The notes: generated from the letters alone by a model not told the origin. Numbered from the stretch's first letter, positions 1 through 13,679 are shown. The stretch is 64,000 bases of DNA from Squalus acanthias (GCA_030390025.1 CM059431.1:138572001-138636000); one strand, 5' to 3'. Program-made: numbers and translations.

Positions 1-1275
1 TGTGGTTCCGGGAGGGAGAGGAACGGGTGAGAGTAGAGGTGCGGGAAATAGAATGGACACGGTCAAGAGCCGTGTCAACCACGGTAGAGGGGAATCCTCA
101 GTTAGGAAAAAGGAAGACATGTCAGAAACACTAGTATGGAAGGTGGCATCGTCAGAGCAGATGCGGTGGAGACAGAGAAACTGGGAGAATGGAATAGAGT
201 CGTTACAGGAAGCGGGTTGGCAGGAAGTGCAGTCCAGGTAGCTGTGGGAGTCAGTGGGCTTATAGTGAATGTTTGTCAAGAGCCTATCCCCAGAGATGCA
301 GCAGAGAAGTCGAGGAAGGGAAGGGAAGAGTCGGAGATGGACCATGTGAAGGTGAGGGAAGGGTGGAAATTAGAAGCAAAGTGAATGAAATGATCTAGTT
401 CAGGGCGAGAGCTGGAAACGGCACCGATACAGTCATCAATGTACCGGAAAAAAGAGGTGAGGGAGGGGACCCGAGTAGGACTGGAACAAAGAATGTTCCA
501 CATATCCCACAAAAAGGCAGGCATAGCTAGGACCCATGCGGGTTCCCATAGCAACACCATTAATTTGGAGGAAGTTAGTGGAGTCAAAGGAGAAGTTGTT
601 CAACGTGAGAACAAGTTCAGTCAGGCGGAGGAGGGTGGTGGCGGACGGGGACTGGTTGGGCCTTTGTTCAAGGAAAAAGCAGAGCGCTCTCAGGCCGTCC
701 TGGTGGGGGATGGAGGTGTAGAGGGATTGGACGCCCATAGTGAAAAGGAGGTGTTTGGGGCCAGGAAACTGGCGTTGGAAGTGTCGGGGATGTAGGTGTG
801 AAGAGACTGGACAAGGGGAGAAAAAAGAGTCGAGATAGGAAGAGATAAGTTCCGTGGGGCAAGAACAGGCTGAAACGATGGTTCTACCAGGGCAGTCCTG
901 TTTGTGGATTTGGGGAGGAGGTATAAGCGGGCTGTGCGGGGTTGGGAAACTATGAGGTTGGCGGTCGTGGAGGGAAGATCTCCAGAGGAGATGAGGTCAG
1001 TGACAGTCTTGGAAACGATGGCTTGATGTTCGGTAGTGGGGTCATGGTCCAGGCGGAGGTAGGAGGAGGTGTCGGAGAGTTGGCTTTCAGCCTCCGCTAG
1101 GTAGAGGTTGGTTCACCAAACAACAACAGCACCACACTTGTCAGCAGGTTTAATGAGAATGCTGGGGTTGGATCTGAGAGAATGGAGTGTTGCAAGTTCA
1201 GAGGGAGGATGGTTGGAGTGAGTGAGGGGAGCAGAGAAAATCGAGACGGCCGACGTCACGCCGGCAGTTTGCAAT
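1..1275 (-). mobile_element. Penelope-like element (PLE) reverse transcriptase remnant, frameshifted, runs off the window
   Basis: Minus-strand ORF pieces carry PLE RT motifs: ILIKPADKCGAVVVW, VQSLYTSIPH, NNFSFDSTNFLQINGVAMGTRMGPSYACLF, FFRYIDDCIG, LPFLDF. It lies in an intron of the left NLR-like gene. Confidence 0.88.
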
Positions 1276-1648
1276 GAATATTTAAAGATAATCCCAAACC
1301 TGGTGTTAATGGTAACTTCATCCCACACATTTCAGAATCAGTGACAAGTGAAAATGAAGTTTAATTCTGTTTGCCCAGCTCTTGAACTTTTCACCCCAGA
1401 TTCTAGAAATCTCTTAACCAATGGTCAGAGTTAAAGCCTCTGATAATCAGAACCGTAATAATCTGTTTGAAATCTTCACCCCATCACCTACCTTTCAGCT
1501 GACTGGGAACTTCGGATAAACATTCTGTGGCTTTCATGTCATTAAATCGAAAGAAACCTGTTTAAATAAATTAGTTTTCATCAAAACAAATCCGTGCACT
1601 ACTTTAGTAAAATATGTAATTTTAGATGTGAAATTGATTTTACCGTAC

Positions 1649-1820
1649 CGTGTTCCTGTATTTCTCTCAGTATTTTGTCCAGCTTTGGCACCCCATGGCG
1701 CATATTCACAAAGGATTTCCACATTGTCCTTCGGGCCCGAGAGCCTTTCTCCATCACCAGATTTAGGAGCAGTTTGGAACTGTCCGCCCGGTTTCCCTTC
1801 TCCGTGAGCTCAGTGACTTT
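1649..1820 (-). CDS. NLR-like gene, left paralog, coding exon 3 (N-terminal helical/death-fold-like region)
   Basis: Acceptor ttattctctacAG, then 57 codons KVTELTEKGNRADSSKLLLNLVMEKGSRARRTMWKSFVNMRHGVPKLDKILREIQEH plus 1 nt, then donor GTACGG. The phase-0 start fits the end of exon 2. The family call rests on recalled similarity to elasmobranch NLRP3/NLRC3-like N-termini; no NACHT exon is in the window. Confidence 0.75.
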
Positions 1821-2494
1821 CTGTAGAGAATAATGAATATATTGATGAGCGGAGTGAAGGGCCTGCAGTGAAAATGAACTGGGGCAGATTGTCCTCTTAC
1901 AGCACTTGGGCAAGAGGACTGTCTGGGTGGAGCAGGAGGAGGAAAACAAGTCGGTGTTGGTTTCCCACCGGGAACAGAGCCTGCTTTCGGTCCTGTGCAC
2001 TCTCACAATACTCCCCCTCCCACACCTGTCTCTGGCACAACTGTGCGCTGCTTTATTTCAAATATCTATCACTAAATTCAGAGCAATGTGTCGAATCACC
2101 GACCATCCTCAGCAATTTGAACACAGATACTTTGCTTGTTGCTGCTGAGTTCAGCCTGACACTGACTCTGCAACAGGAGGGAAAATCGGGCGCGATGGAA
2201 AATGGGCGGTGATTCGCTGTGAGCCCATTTCACAATACTGAAGATCAATGTCACCCCATATTGGGCCAGTTTATTGAATTCAAGGCTGCTGATTCTGTTC
2301 AACAGCTGGATCAGGGTATTTAACTTACTTTAAGTGAATATTCGTTGCCAGTTTATCCTTTTGACACAAACTTCGCTAGTTTGTTTGAAATGGCTGAATG
2401 ATGATCTTCCCTCCAGATGAATGATGCTGGTCAGCAGAATATTTGCGGAACCAGATATTAATATTTGCAGACAAAAAATTTACTGCTTCTCAGG

Positions 2495-3210
2495 AACTGC
2501 AGCTAATCTGAGGTGGCTCGAGCCAAATTCTTCCAATACTCCTGGGACTTGTGAATGGTGCCAGCGGAGTGGAGAGTTGCAAATGTTACACCCCTGTTCA
2601 AAAAAGGGGAGAGGGATGAACCCAGCAACAACAGGCCGGTCAGACGAACGTCGATAGTGGAGAAACTTTTAGACAATAATCCAGGACAAAATATTCCCTT
2701 GGAAAAACATGGGTTAATAAATTGCAGCCAGCATGGATTTATTAAAGGCATATCGTGGTTGAATAAATTGATTGAGTTGTTTAATGAATTAACGGTTGAC
2801 AAGGGTAGTGCGGTTGATGTTGTGTATATGGACTTTCAAAAGGCGTTTGACCAAGAACCACGTAATAGACATGTTAGCAAATTAGAAGCCCATGGGATTA
2901 AATGGGCAGTGGCAGCGTTGATAGGACATTGTCTAAGGGAAAGGAAACAGAGCAGTTGTGAACAGCTGTTTTTCAGACTGGAGGAAAGAGTACAGTGTTG
3001 TCCCACAGGGCTCAGTATTAGGGCGACTGCTCCTTTCGATATATATTAATGACCTGCACTTGGGGATACAGAGCATAATTTAAAAAAAATTGCAGATTGC
3101 GCAAAACTCAAAGGTAGTAAATAGTGAGAAGGATAATAGCAGACTTCAGGAGGGCATAGACAGTCTGGTGAAATGGACAGACACATGACAGGGAAGTGTG
3201 AATTGATATA
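2495..3210 (+). mobile_element. Degenerate CR1 LINE RT fragment
   Basis: WRVANVTPLFKKG, SQHGFIKG, VDVVYMDFQKAFD, with frameshifts. Confidence 0.85.
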
Positions 3211-3214
3211 ATAA

Positions 3215-5365
3215 TAATAGTCGGGGATTTCAACTTCCCCAATATTAACTGGGATAGTCAGAGTGTGAAAGGCTTAGAGGGGGCGGAATTCTTAAAGTGC
3301 ATCCAGGAGTGTTTTTTGAGCCAGCATGTAGAAAGTCCTACAAGAGAGGGAATGTAGCCGGGCAAGTGGTAGAAGTGTCAGTAGGAGAGCATTTTAGTGA
3401 CAGTGACCATAATTCGGTGAGATTTAAGGTAGTAATGGAAAAGGACAAAGATGGACCGGAAATAAAGGTTCTAAATTGGGGGAAGGCCGATTTTAATATG
3501 ATAAGGCAGGATCTGGCCAAAGTGGACTGGAATCAGCTACTGGTAGGAAAAACCACATCAGAGCAGTGGGAGTCTTTCAGAAAGGAAATAGAGAGAGTAC
3601 AGCGCCAACATGTTCCCGTAAAGGTCAAGCGTCGGACCAACAAGCCCAGGGAACCCTGGATGTCAAGGGATATACGAGAATGGATTAGGAAAAAAAGGGA
3701 GGCTTTTGGCAGATACAAAGGACTAAAAACAGTGGAAGCCCTAGAGGAGTATAGAAAGTGCAGGGGGGTACTTAAATAAAGAAATTAGGAGAGCAAAGAG
3801 AGGGCATGAAAAAACACTGGCGGGCAAAATAAAGGAAAATCCCAAGGTGTTTTATAGTATATTAAGGGCAAGAGGATAACCAGGGAAAGAGTAGGGCCCA
3901 TTAGGGACCAAAGTGGCAATCTGTGTGTAGAACAGGAAGATGTAGGTGAGGTTTTAAATGAATATTTTGCATCTGTGTTCACTATGGAGAAGGACGATGT
4001 AGGCATAGAAATCAGGCAGGGGGATTGTGATATACTTGAACAAATTAGCAGAGGGGGAGGAGGTATTAGCGGTTTTAGCAGGCTTAAAAGTGGATAAATC
4101 CCCAGGCCCAGACGAGATGTATCCCAGGCTGCTGTGTGAGGCAAGGGAGGAGATTGCAGGGGTTCTGACACAAATTTTCAGAATCTCTCTAGCTACAGGG
4201 GAGATGCCAGAGGACTGGAGGACAGTTAACGTAGTACCATTATTCAAGAAGGATAGTAGGGATAAACCAGGGAATTATAGGCCAGTGAGCCTAACGTCAG
4301 TGGTAGGGAAATTATTGGAAAAAATTCTGAGGGACAGAATTAGTCTCCACTTGGAGAGGCAAGGATTAATCAAGGATAGTCAGCATGGCTTTGTCAGGGG
4401 GAGATCATGTCTAACCAAGTTGATTGAATTTTTCGAGGAGGTGACTAGGTGTGTAGATGAGGGTAGTGCAGTTGATGTAGTCTACATGGACTTCAGAAAG
4501 GCTTTTGACAAAGCCCCGCATGGGAGACTGGTCAAGAAGGTAAGAGTCTATAGGATCCAGGGCAATTTGGCACATTGGATCCAAAATTGGCTTAGTGGCA
4601 GGAGGCAGAGGGTGATGGTCGAAGGTTCTTTTTGTGACTGGAAGCCTGTGTCCAGTGGTGTACCGCAGGGATCGGTGCTGGGTCCCTTGCTGTTTGTAGT
4701 GTACATTAATGATTTAGATATGAATGTAGCAGCTATGATCAGTAAGTTCGCAGATGATACGAAAATTGGTGGGGTGGTAAATAGCGAGGAGGGAAGCCTC
4801 AGGCTACAGGACGATAGACGGGTTGGTCAGATGGGCAGAACAGTGGCAAATGGAATTTAACCCTGAAAAGTGTGAGGTGATGCATTTTGGGAGGACTAAC
4901 AAGGCAAGGGAATACACAATGAATGGTAGGACCCTAGGAAGGACAGAGGAACCTTGGTGTGCATGTACATAGATCCCTGAAGGCAGCAGGACAGGTAGAT
5001 AAGGTGGTTAAGAAGGCATATGCCTTCATTAGCCGAGGCATAGAATATAAGAGCAGGATGGTTATGATGGAGCTGTACAAAACGCTAGTTAGGCCACAGC
5101 TGGAATACTGTGTGCAGTTCTGGTCGCCACGCTATAAGAAGGATGTGATTGCATTAGAGAGGGTGCAGAGGAGATTCACCAGGATGTTACTGGGCTGGAG
5201 CGTTTCAGCTATGAAGAGAGACTGGACAGGCTGGAGTTGTTTTCCTTAGAGCAGAGAAGGCTGAGGAGGGACCTGATTGAGGTGCACAAAATTATGAGGG
5301 GCATAGATAGGGAAGATAGAAAGGAACCTTTCCCCCTTAGCAGAGGGCTCAATAACCAGGGGGCA
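3215..5365 (+). mobile_element. CR1 (HER1-like) LINE ORF2 fragment
   Basis: SDHNSVRF (end of APE), KSPGPDEM, NYRPVSLTS, GVPQGSVLGP, KFADDTK, RPQLEYCVQFWSP. Disrupted. Same subfamily as 13680-15770 and 56280-58350. Confidence 0.92.
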
Positions 5366-5883
5366 AGTTTCAATGTATTTGGGATCATTCTATTCGGTTA
5401 ATCGGACACCCCCCACCGGTTTTTTGGGGTTGTTTGGGTCCAATACTTGTTCACTAGTTTAGCATTTTATAAAAAATCTTTCCTTTAAACTGCAGCTGAT
5501 TTCTTTAAATTATCTCACAGTTCCTCAATTTACTTTATATACTTTGTAGGATACTCAACTCATGACCTTCCCTAAAACTCCGGCTAGTTGTCTCTTGTCT
5601 CTCTTTGAGAGAACCTGCTAAAATTCTTGGTTCCCTTTGACTTCAGCCCACAAAGGATAATATCGTACCCGTTACCCTGTCCTTTTTACATAGACTGATG
5701 GATCCAGTGGGTATTTTCACATTTGTGTTGTTGTTTCTGTTTTAAAATATTAACAGTTTTAACCCTTTCTTTCCTAGTTGGCCTGTTTTGCTTCTGTAAC
5801 ATTCTATGATTCTAAGATCTGATTTCCTGTTGCTTCTGTGATGTTTAAATAATCCAAACTCATTCTGTGTCCCTCCCACTTAC

Positions 5884-6050
5884 CCGATGTTCTTGTCCAC
5901 TGAAATGCCTCTCGTATGTTAACAACGAGCTGACTCCATCCACCCCTCCTTCAATCGCCTGTTCCAGTCTGTCCCGGTAGAATTTCGTCAACTGGAACAG
6001 CTGGTAATCGTTGCACTCTGTCAAGAACTCAGTGATTGTAGAGTTCGGAT
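5884..6050 (-). CDS. NLR-like gene, left paralog, coding exon 2
   Basis: Acceptor tttgtgttcacAG; 167 nt encoding (D)PNSTITEFLTECNDYQLFQLTKFYRDRLEQAIEGGVDGVSSLLTYERHFSGQEHR; donor GTAAGT. Phase 1 in and phase 0 out, consistent with both neighbouring exons. Confidence 0.8.
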
Positions 6051-6914
6051 CTGTGAACACAAATGGAGAAAATTAAACTCATTATCCACTTTATATCCAA
6101 GCTGCTACATTGCCTCTTATACCAAACAGCTGAAACCTCCTGTGAGCCGCATTATCAAACACCTTCTTAAACCACATATACACCGCAGATGCTGCATCCC
6201 ATCGATCAATACAGTCCATTCTTTAAAAAAAGCGTGCAAATTTGTCAAACACATCTTGCCTACAGTTAGTCGGTTCCAGCCTCCCCTGATCATCCCCTGT
6301 ATCTCAACATTGACTAATTCAACCTTAAATTCCGGACTCGAGCATTCTGCCCATAACTGCCGTAGACTGTTCTAGTTACCCGGTTTATCCTCTCTACTCC
6401 ATTGTTGAACAGAGACGTTACTTGGGCTCCTTCAGTGCTCCAGTGTATTGTTTAAATCTAAAACAGATTGAACAATTGTGGAGAGTCTGTCCTCCCTCCT
6501 CTGTGATTTGATTTAACAGCCTGGAGTGTGTTATCTCTGGGTCCAGTCACTTACCCATCTTGGCTATTTTTTCAGCTCCAAATCCTTCCCTACATTTAAC
6601 TCCAACTATGATCCCACATCCTCCTCTAGTCCACCTTCTCGCACTACCACCATCATTTTTAGAAACTATTGGAAATGTTTGATACCTCCTCAAAACGTCA
6701 TCCTCCACAACTAGATTCTCCCTTCATCCCCAGTGATAGAACCTTGAATTATTGCTTTACTTTTCATAAACCCTGACTTTTTATATTATCCCCCGGCCTT
6801 GAACCTAATTCCCTTTTAACCACCCCGCCCCCACCCTACAGCCAGAGACCATCACCTTAATGCTTTGTTTTACATTCCATTGCCTGACTTTAAATTCCCT
6901 CAATATAGGCCTCA

Positions 6915-8325
6915 AACCAGGCCAGCGTCCTGGACTCAACTACTTTCAGCTGCTTCATCAGTGACCTTCGCTCATCATAAGGTTAGAAGTGAGGCTGCTC
7001 GCTGATGGTTGCAGTTTGTTCGGCCCCATTCACAATTCCTCCAATAATGAAGCAGTCCATGCCTGCTTGCAGCAATACGTGGATAACATCCAGTTTTGGC
7101 CTGATATGTGGCAAATTATATTCGAACCAGACAAGTTTTTTTTATTCGTTTTATGGGATCTGGGCGTCGCTGGCAAGGCCAGCATTTATTGCCCATCCCT
7201 AGTTGCCCTTGAGAAGGTGGTGGTGAGCCGCCTTCTTGAACCGCTGCAGTCCGTGTGGTGATGGTATTTTGTTTCGTAGCGGTTAGTTACAACTGAGTGG
7301 CTTGCTAGGCCATTTCAGAGGGCAGTTAAGATCAACCACATTGCTGTGGGTCTGGAGTCACATACAGGCCAGACCAGGTAAGGACGGCAGATTTCCTTCC
7401 CTAAAGGACATTAGTGAACCAGATGGGTTTTTAACGACAATCCGATAGTTTCATGGTTACCATTACTGATTCTAGCTTTTTATTCCAGATTTATTTAAGT
7501 CCCCAGCTGCCGTGGTGGGATTTGAACTCTCGTCTCTGAATCATTAGTCCAGGCCTCTGGATTACTAGCCCAGTGACATTACCACTACGCTACCATTCCC
7601 AGGGTCAGGCAATGACCATCTCCAACCAGAGATACCATAGCCATATGCCATGACAGTCAATGACATTATCAACAAGTCCCCCACATCAAACAAAATAGAA
7701 CTGGACCAGCCACATACATCCCCCGTGTCTACAGGAGCAGGTCAGAAGCTGGGTATTCTGTGGCGAGTGGCTCACCTCGTGACTCCCCAAATTCTCTCCC
7801 CCACCTACAACACACGTCAGGAGAGTGATGGAACACTTTCCATTTGTCTGGAGAAGTGAAGTTGCAACAACACTGAAGATGCTCAACACCATCCAGGACA
7901 AAGCATTATGCTTGATCAGCACCCCATCCATTGGGTTAAACATTGACTCCCTCCACCATTGGCTTACCGTGGTTGCAGATTACTGTCTACTGGATGCCCT
8001 CCAGTAAGTCAGCAAGGCATCTTCAACAGCGCCTCCCATACCCATGACATCCACCACCTAGAAGGACAAGGGCACCAGGTGCGTGGGAACACCTTCGCTT
8101 CCAAGTTCTCCTTAAAGTCACATACAACCCTAACTTGGACATACATCACCTTCATTGTCGCTGGATCAAAATCTTGGAACTCCCTACCTAACAGCACTGA
8201 GGGAGCACCTTCACCACATGGACTGCAGCGATTCAAGAAGGTGGCCCACCATCACCTATGGAATGGCGACATGGTGTGGGCAATAAATGGGGGCCTTGCC
8301 AGCGACACACACGTCCCAAAAATTA
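6915..8325 (+). mobile_element. Degenerate LINE 3' fragment (family uncertain, possibly RTE-X-like), interrupted by a SINE at 7136-7600
   Basis: Decayed RT C-terminus (VRLLADGC.., GQKLGILWRVAH, GSKSWNSLPNS, HGLQRFKKVAHHHL) and 3' end gggcaataaatg. Confidence 0.65.
7136..7600 (-). mobile_element. tRNA-derived SINE with Deu-like central domain (SacSINE1-like)
   Basis: Head gggaatggTAGCGTAGTGGtaat (A box) and GTTCAAATCC (B box); central ggaaggaaatctgccgtccttacctggtctggcc...; LINE-derived tail (ctcaccaccaccttctcaagggcaactagggatgggcaataaatg) ending in an A run. Confidence 0.8.
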
Positions 8326-8772
8326 TTTTTTAAATGTATTTCTAGTTGTGTTTTTGGTTTTGACCGGGACAATTTTCTGCTCTTCTTGCCTTCACAGAAA
8401 AGGTCACAGCCGTTCAAAGATGTTCTTCCCTCTGGAATCAGATATCTCTATCATTCTCCTCTCACCCTCGGCTCACTCGGGGTGACCTACTGCTCCCTGG
8501 AGTCACACTGTTGCTCAGGAAGACCCTCCTCTGAGTCACTGTCTCCATCCACCTTACAGTCCCTAATACCAGGGATCTATTGGACAGTTCCAGTACTCGG
8601 GGGCTCCCTCCACCTGTGACTGTGATGCCTCTCTAGATGGTCACTCACTTCCCTCTTTCTAATCAGCCCCTGTCCTGGTCCCTCGAACTGTGTGAGTTGG
8701 CGGTTCTTGCACGAGATCTGGACCCTCTGTCAGGTCAGAAATGACATTGTAAATAATATTCTGTGTTCTTAC

Positions 8773-8836
8773 CTGTGTCCATTCTCATTCTTGTTGAAGA
8801 TGTTGGATCTTCTCCCCTGGTTGGACCTTCAGCCAT
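8773..8836 (-). CDS. NLR-like gene, left paralog, first coding exon (whole exon 8773-8868)
   Basis: Acceptor ttattacAG, strong Kozak caccgccATGG, MAEGPTRGEDPTSSTRMRMDT plus G, donor GTAAGA. The G joins AT of the next exon to give D-PNST in frame. Confidence 0.75.
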
Positions 8837-10038
8837 GGCGGTGACAGGCGTTCCCAGATTATGATGCTCTGTAATAACTATATTAATAGGAGAGTTAGAT
8901 AGAAATATTAAAATAAGGAGAGCGCTGCCTTGTTAAAGATGATTTCAAGCCCCTCCTCCCTCCCCCACATTAGTACACCAGCTGTTAGCTCCGAGATCGA
9001 GCATTTGCCGAGTGTTACGATCAACTCTCCACATCAGGTGTGACACAGACAGCTGCCCAGTGAAATCCAGTGAGTCCCGCTGATCTCCACAACCGAGTTC
9101 CAGACGGGCTCCCATCGGCCGAGACTCGCACATTGGTGAGATTTACTCACACAGTGCAGGCCAAAGCCAGCCTTATTCCTGAGGTAGAGAATATTCTGCA
9201 GGAAAATATGGAGCGAGTGATCATTGATGAATTCAATGATCCAGCACTCGGTTTTACACAATGTGTCGCTATTGTGTTTTTTATTCGCATATTTGTGTTT
9301 ATTAATTTTGATTCGAGTTTTGATATTAAAATCCAGTACTTTCCGAATATGCTTTCTATCCATACACAATATACAGCTAGGTGTGATTACTCTGGTCTCT
9401 ATGGGCTGTGACATTGTCCGTGTGATCATGGAGATGTGTCCTGGTTGGTGCTTCTATTTGAATATATTGACCATATCTCTCCTGGTGTCAGCACCTGACT
9501 AATGAGCACTGTAGGAGGTGAAGATATTTACCGCTGCTCAACTAATATTAACACCAATGTATAATGTTATGAATCATGTAAATTTAAACAGTGAGGTGAT
9601 GCACAGCATTGATTTGTGAAACATTTTCACTGGTTTTATCAATCTCAGGAATGGCCATGAATATACAAGTGGAAGATTTGCCTGCTGTTTTACAGTGAAT
9701 ATTCTCCACTTGTGCGCGTGTCTCGCTGTGTGCGCGCCCAGGTACGTGCGTCCAATCAAACTATCAGTCAGCGTCCTTTCCTTTCCCCACTGGGGAAATG
9801 TAAAAGTGATTCAGTCTCAGATCAGAAATTTCTACAAACTATAGTTGAAGTTATTCTCCGGCATTAACTTATAACCCAGTTTGAGATCTTGTAAGATTTA
9901 GTTATCTGCTGTGTCACTCACGCTGACACTGGTACAATAAACACACAGCAACAACAACTTGTCCATTGAAACACATCGCAAGGTGCTTCACAGAAGCCAA
10001 GTACGACAAGTGATGGGCTCAGACTAAAGGGGGTAGAA

Positions 10039-12075
10039 CGAGACCAATTAAATACGTTTTTTGGTTCTGTCTTCACAAAGGAGGACACAAATAACCTCCC
10101 AGAGATGTCAGGGAACATAGGATCTAATGAGAGGGAGGAACTGAAAGAAATCAGTATTTGTAGGGAAATGGTGTTAGGGAAATTGGTGGGATTGAAGGCC
10201 GATAAATCCCCAGGGCCTGATAATCTGCATCCTAGAGCACTTAAGGAAGTGGCCCTAGAAATAGTAGATGCATTGCTGATCATCTTCCAACATTCTATAG
10301 ACTCTGGAACAGTTCCCATGGATTGGAGGGTAGCTAATGTTACCCCACTATTCAAAAAAGGTGGTAGAGAGAAAACGGGGAATTACAGACCGGTAAGCCT
10401 GACATCGGTAGTGGGGAAAATGCTAGAGTCCATTATAAAAGATGGAATAGCAGAGCACTTGGAAAACAGTGACAGGATCGGACAAAGTCAACATGGATTT
10501 ACAAAAGGTAAATCGTGCTTGACTAATCTACTGGAATTTTTTGAGGATGTAACTGGTAGAATAGATATGGGAGAACCAGTGGCTGTGGTGTATTTGGACT
10601 TTCAAAAGGCTTTCGATAAGGTCCCGCATAAGAGATTAGCGTGTAAAGTTAAGGCACATGGGATTGGGGGCAAGGTATTGACTTGGCAGACAGGAAGCAA
10701 AGAGTTGGATTAAACGGGTCATTTTCCAAGTGGCAGGCAGTGACTAGTGGGGTACCGCAGGGATCGGTCCTTGGACCCCAGCTATTCACAATATATATTC
10801 ATGATCTAGACAAGGGAACTAGATGTAATATCTCCAAGTTTGCAGACGACACAAAGCTGGGTGGGCGTGTGTGCTGTGAGGAGGATGCAGAGAAACTCCA
10901 GTAAGATTTGGACAGGTAGGGTGATTGGGCAGATGAATGGCAGATGCAGAATAAAGTGGAAAAATGCGAGGTTATCCACTTTGGTGTCAAAAACAGGAAG
11001 GCAGATTATTATCTGAATGGCAATAGACTGGGAGAATGGGAAAGTGCAATGAGACCTGGGTGTCCTTGTGCACCAGTCGCTGAAGGTAAGCATGCAGGTG
11101 CAGCAGGCAGTTAAGAAGGCAAGTGGTATGTTGGCCTTCATAGCGAGAGGGTTTGAGTACAGGAACAAGGATGTCTTGCTGCAGTTGTACAGGGCCTTGG
11201 TGAGACCACATCTTGAGTATTGTGTGCAGTTTTGGTCGCCTTATCTGAGGAAGGAGGTTCTTGCCATGGAAGGATTTCAGCGAAGATTCACCAGGCTGAT
11301 ACCTGGGATGGCAGGAATGACGTATGAGGAGAGATTGGGTCGATTGGGCTTATACTCGCTGGAGTTTAGAAGAATGAGAGGAGATCTCATTGAAACTTGT
11401 AAAATTCTGAAAGGACTGGACAGACTAGATGCAGGAAGGATGTTCCCGATGGTCGGGGAGTCCAGAACCAGGGGTCACAGTCTAAGGATAAGGGGTAAGC
11501 CATTTAGGACAGAAATGAGGAGGAATTTCTTCACCCAGAGAGTGGTAAACCTGTGGAATTCTCTACCACAGAAGGCAGTAGAGGACAATTCATTAAATAT
11601 ATTCAAGGAGGGGCAACACAGTGGCATAGTGGTTAGCACTGTTGCCTCACAGCGCCAGGAACCCAGGGTTCGAATCCGGCCTCGGGTGACTGTCTGTGTG
11701 GAGTTTGCACGTTCTCCCCGTGTCTGCGTGGGTTTCCTCCGGGTGCTCCGGTTTCCTCCCACAGTCAAAAGATGTGCGGGTTAGGTTCATTTGGCTATGA
11801 TAAATTGACCCTTAGTGTTAGGGGGGGATTAAATACGTGGGGTTACGGGGATAGGGTGGGATATGTGTCGGTGCAGGCTCGATGGGCCGAAATGGCCTCT
11901 ATCTGCACTGTGGGGATTCTGTGATATATTTCTTAAGGCTAAAGGGATCAAGGGATATGGGGAGAAAGCAGGTACAGGGTACTGAGTTTGGATGATCAGC
12001 CATGATCGCATTGAATGGCGGAGCAGGCTAGAGGGGCCGAATGGCCTATTCCTGCTCCTATCTTCTATGTTTCTA
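10039..12075 (+). mobile_element. 5'-truncated CR1 LINE present only in the left arm
   Basis: RT motifs through to the 3' tail (cctgctcctatcttctatgtttcta). The empty site is visible in the right arm near 59925-59955. Confidence 0.92.
11611..11925 (+). mobile_element. HE1-type V-SINE nested in the CR1
   Basis: tRNA head (tggcatagtgg A box, ggttcgaatcc B box), V-domain (ctgtgtggagtttgcacgttctccccgtgtctgcgtgggtttcctccgggtgctccggtttcctcccaca) and CR1-type tail (gatgggccgaaatggcct). Confidence 0.9.
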
Positions 12076-12089
12076 TGGTCAGAATGTTG

Positions 12090-13370
12090 GTCACAGCAGT
12101 GAGTTTCAGAGGGTTCTAAAGGAGGAGGGAGCTGGAGAGGTTTAGGTGGGGAATTGATGAGCATTGAGCCGGGACAGCTGAAGGCACAGCCTCCATAGAG
12201 GGGAGGAGAGGGGGAAATGCCACAAGAGGCCAGAGTCTGAGGAAGAGAGTGATCTTGGTGGTGGGGGATTGTAGGGCTGGAGGAGGTTACAGAGACAGGA
12301 AGGGATTTAAACAACGATGGGACTTTTAAATTGGAGACGCTCGGGGAACCGGGAGCCAATGTAGGTTCACAAGCACAGGGATGATGAGTGAGCAGGGCTT
12401 TGAAGCTATTTCTCACCCCGCAGTCGCAGCTACATACACCACTGGCCCTGCCACGCACCAAACTGGCCCAGCCCCGCGACCCCCACTGACCCAGCTCCGA
12501 CACCAACACTGACCCAGCCCCCCGCACCCCACTGTCCCAGGCCCGTGACCCACACTGACTCAGCCGCGCACCCCACCGACGCGGCCCCGCGACCCCCACC
12601 GACGCGGCCCCGCGACCCCCCAATGGCCCAGCCCCGCACCCCACTGGCGCAGGCACGCGACCCCCACTGGCCCAGCCGTGCACCCCACTGACCCAGCCAT
12701 AAGTAGCTTTTATGTGACCAAACATTTGGTCAAAGAAGTAGCTTCTAAGGAGCGTCTTAAAGGAACAGAGAGAGGTAGAGATGTTTAAAGAGGGTATTCC
12801 AGAGCTTAGGGCCTCCGCAGCTAAAGACACGGCCACCAATGGTGGAGAGAAGGAAATCGGAGATGTGCCACAGGTCAGAATTGGAGGAGCGCTGGGATTT
12901 CGGAGGGATGTAGGACTGGAAGAAATTACAGACACAGGGAAGGGCAAGGCCATGGAGGGGTTTGAAAACAAGGATGAGAATTATAAAATCAATGCAACAC
13001 CAGACCCGGAGCCAATATAGGTCAGCGAGCACAGGGATAATGGGTGAACGGGACTTGTTGTGAGTTAGAACACGCGGAGCAGAGTTTTGGATGAGTTCAA
13101 GTTTATGGAGAGTGGAAAAGGGTGGCCGGCCAGGAGAGCCTTGGAACAGTCAAGTCTAGAGCTGAGGCAGGGGCAGAGACCGGCGCTGTTACGGGGCTGG
13201 AAGTAGACGGTGTTGGTCATGGAGTGGATATGTGGTCAGAAGCTCATCCTACGATCAAATACGGCAGCAAGATTACGGATGCACTGATTCAGCCTCAGAC
13301 AGTGGGCAGGGAGAGGGATGGAGTCGATGTCTAGGGAACACAGCTCGTGGCGGGGACCGAAGACAATGGC
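12090..13370 (-). mobile_element. Two decayed L2-type LINE 3' fragments separated by a GC-rich degenerate repeat (about 12440-12700)
   Basis: IDFIILILVFKPLHGLALP..., IGGRVFSCGGPKLWNTL resemble the L2 ORF2 C-terminus. Confidence 0.7.
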
Positions 13371-13679
13371 TAATGTTACCTGTCTACCTGTCCCACAGGT
13401 GCTGCTCACCCAGGAGAATCCCTCCCACTGACACAGCTGGTTGATGCTTTTCATGTATCTCCACACAACAGCAGGGTGCACTGTCTAGGAAACACTTACA
13501 ATGGAAAGACTGGTCACACTCAGAGGCCGAGGGGTTGGACGTCCAGCGGCACAGGCGCGGGTCAGTGTGGCGGGGGTAGAGGCAGAGGAAAGAGAGGGGG
13601 GGGCAGGGGGCAGAGTGGGCACAGGAATTTATTGCAGTCTGGACAGTCTCACTGACATTGTACAAGGGAGGAAACATAG

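Noticed and set aside
9070..9411. ORF conserved in both arms (with 60490-60924) as a separate gene
   Set aside because: Non-ATG start, antisense to the NLR-like gene, reading frames diverge between arms; the duplication explains the conservation.
11611..11685. tRNA gene (also 7520-7600 and 62419-62510)
   Set aside because: These are tRNA-derived SINE heads continuing into V or Deu domains and LINE tails.
11829..12971. 380-aa ORF (and 59098-59862, 254 aa)
   Set aside because: Runs across L2, a GC-rich repeat, CR1 and SINE pieces; no coherent protein.
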